From Myxococcaceae bacterium (GTDB taxonomy: Bacteria > Myxococcota > Myxococcia > Myxococcales > Myxococcaceae): a stretch of 37,270 bases of DNA. The notes beneath the pieces were generated by a model. That model saw nothing but the letters and a program-made list of their open reading frames with translations. It had not been told where the DNA came from and made no database searches. Location: NCBI GenBank assembly GCA_044229415.1, contig JBGATB010000077.1:1-37270 (forward strand), written 5' to 3'. Every line of letters begins with the position of its first letter. Positions within the stretch are counted from its first letter, which is position 1. Below are positions 35,724-37,270 of the stretch, one piece after another. Both the position numbers and the translations under genes were made by a program.

Positions 35724-37007
35724 CTACGCCAAGCCTGCCCGTCGGTTGGCGGACACTCTCGAGCGTGCCTCTGCGCCGACCTGCTCGATGAGCGCGACCG
35801 CTTTGCCGACCCCATCCTCCGCGCGGATCCGCGTCGCGAGCTCCTGGGCGCGCGGCTTCAGCTGAGCGTCGCCGAGCAGGGAGCGCAGGCGCTGAGAGAG
35901 AGAGCGCGCGGTGAGCTTCCGGTGTGAGAGCGGTTTGACGGCGACGCCCAGCTTCTCCGCCCGCTGTGCCCACGCGAGCTGGTCCCCGGCGTGCCAGACC
36001 ACCACTTGCGGGATGCCAGCACGGAACGCAGCGGCCGTTGTACCGGCGCCGCCGTGATGCACGAGCGCCGCTGCGCGCGGGAGGAGCCAGCCATGGGGCA
36101 CATACTCCGCCGGGAAGACGTTCAGAGACGCGCCGCCCGCGCGGCCCAGCTGCCCCCACCCGGCTTGCACCACCGCGCGGCAGCCCACCTCGGCCACTGC
36201 GTCTAGCACGGCGCGCGAGGCGGTGGCGGAGTCGATCGGCACCATCGAGCCGAAGCTCACCACCACCGGGGGCGGCCCCGCCTCGAGGAAGCTCACCAGC
36301 TCCGGTGGCGGGCTCCAACTCGGCTCTTCGAGGAACCAGTAGCCGGTGATCTGCAGGGTGGCCGGCCAGGAAGAATCTCGAGGCTGAATCTGCGGTGAGA
36401 TGGCCACCAGCACGCCGCTCGCCCAGTCGTTGAGCGAGAGCAGAAGGTCCTTGCTCTCGGGGAGCCCCGCCGCCCGGAAGAGCTCGCCCAGGATGGCGTC
36501 GGTGTGCCGCCGGCACATCGCCCGCGCCAGGCGCCAGATGAGGGCGTTGCCCACGCGCCCGAGGGAGCCCCCACCGGGGTGGAAGTCCCGCGCGGGGATG
36601 AAGGCGGGGAAGAGATGGCTGAGCACCAGCGGCACGCCGGTCGCGCGCGCCGCGGCGATGGCTCCGAAGTCGACCGCGTGCGCCACCAAGACGTCGAGCT
36701 CGGCCGTCTTGGCCTTCATCACCGGCAGCCCCTTCACGTGACCCGGGATCAGGTCGCGGAAGATCTGCTCGAGCTGCTGAAAGGGCCGGGGCTCGGAGAC
36801 CAGGCGCCGGCTGATCCGCTCCAGGTCCTGAGCGTCGAAGGCGGCCCCGCTGTCGGAGTACGGGACGCCCGCCTGCTCCACCTTCTGCTGCCAGACGCGC
36901 GCGGTGAGGAAGCGGACGTCGTGGCCTGCCGCGAGCAGCCCGCGCCCGAGCGCGAGGTAGGGCTGGATGTCTCCGGTGGAGCCGATGGCCGCGATGCCGA
37001 TGCGCAT
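35724..37007 (-). CDS. GT1 family UDP-glycosyltransferase (MGT/UGT-like)
   Basis: N-terminal MRIGIAAIGSTGDIQPYLALGRGL. C-terminal HHGGAGTTAAAFRAGIPQVVVWHAGDQ, a PSPG-like UDP-sugar motif. Start at the ATG at 37007, with a longer in-frame alternative to 37079. Confidence 0.8.
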   Translation of the reverse strand: MRIGIAAIGSTGDIQPYLALGRGLLAAGHDVRFLTARVWQQKVEQAGVPYSDSGAAFDAQDLERISRRLVSEPRPFQQLEQIFRDLIPGHVKGLPVMKAKTAELDVLVAHAVDFGAIAAARATGVPLVLSHLFPAFIPARDFHPGGGSLGRVGNALIWRLARAMCRRHTDAILGELFRAAGLPESKDLLLSLNDWASGVLVAISPQIQPRDSSWPATLQITGYWFLEEPSWSPPPELVSFLEAGPPPVVVSFGSMVPIDSATASRAVLDAVAEVGCRAVVQAGWGQLGRAGGASLNVFPAEYVPHGWLLPRAAALVHHGGAGTTAAAFRAGIPQVVVWHAGDQLAWAQRAEKLGVAVKPLSHRKLTARSLSQRLRSLLGDAQLKPRAQELATRIRAEDGVGKAVALIEQVGAEARSRVSANRRAGLA

Positions 37008-37024
37008 GCGCGGGAGGCTAGCCC

Positions 37025-37165
37025 GCCGTTCACCCCGAGAGGCTGTGACTCTTTCTCGGAAGTCCCCCATACCGTTCACCCCGAGAGGCTGTGAACCTTT
37101 CGAGCGCGTAACTCCCCCCCCGGTTCACCCCGAGCGTAGTGCCGTAGGCACGTAGTCGGTGTGCC
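37025..37165. repeat. Three tandem copies of the GTTCACCCCGAG-headed repeat (GGCTGTGA..CTTTCGAG tail twice, CGTAGTGCCGTAGGCACGTAGTCG tail once), upstream of the glycosyltransferase gene
   Basis: CCGTTCACCCCGAGAGGCTGTGACTCTTTCTCGG at 37025, CCGTTCACCCCGAGAGGCTGTGAACCTTTCGAGCG at 37072 and GGTTCACCCCGAGCGTAGTGCCGTAGGCACGTAGTCGG at 37122. The tails match copies at 9371-9462 and 20205-20240. Confidence 0.7.
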
Positions 37166-37270
37166 CAGCATGGGCACGGTCAGGAGGTGCAAGTCCTCTG
37201 GGAAGCAGGTCGTAGCGACCCAAGCAACTCGCAAGGTTTGTCGGCCGCGAGGCCGGGACTGAAAGAAGCG

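Noticed and set aside
1-37270. tRNA, rRNA or tmRNA genes
   Set aside because: No cloverleaf-compatible sequences were seen (no GGTTCGAATCC-like T-arm with matching acceptor stems), and no rRNA-like conserved blocks.

Overview
High-GC (~70%) chromosomal segment, probably from a myxobacterium (Myxococcota). That guess is inference from composition and gene content: eukaryotic-like Ser/Thr kinases, a sigma-54 enhancer-binding protein, Cys-rich and beta-propeller secreted lipoproteins, and many spurious long antisense ORFs. About 30 plausible genes. Housekeeping genes: prfC, rnd, ttcA, an M32 carboxypeptidase, an O-methyltransferase and a GlsB/YeaQ stress protein. Signalling genes: a multi-TM GAF sensor histidine kinase; a membrane Ser/Thr kinase with an anti-sigma-like zinc finger and TPR domain, divergent from an ECF-like sigma factor plus two lipoprotein genes; a sigma-54 activator divergent from a flotillin gene; and a 1,200-aa pseudokinase-AAA(STAND)-TPR protein. 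Also a TatT-DctP-DctQ-DctM TRAP transporter operon and several secreted or lipoprotein genes. The signals I rate most worth a second look: (i) a modular REP/MITE-like repeat family with conserved head CCGTTCACCCCGAG in at least five intergenic regions, including a 4-direct-plus-1-inverted tandem array inside the TRAP operon and a perfect 27-29-bp hairpin between convergent genes; (ii) the STAND pseudokinase with an apparently co-transcribed 79-aa ORF; (iii) a stand-alone, aromatic-rich, six-cysteine secreted peptide gene; (iv) a GG-N10-GC sigma-54 promoter-like element upstream of the flotillin gene. No rRNA, tRNA or CRISPR was found. In a few places my nucleotide count differs from the ORF track by 1 nt, so coordinates may be off by 1.
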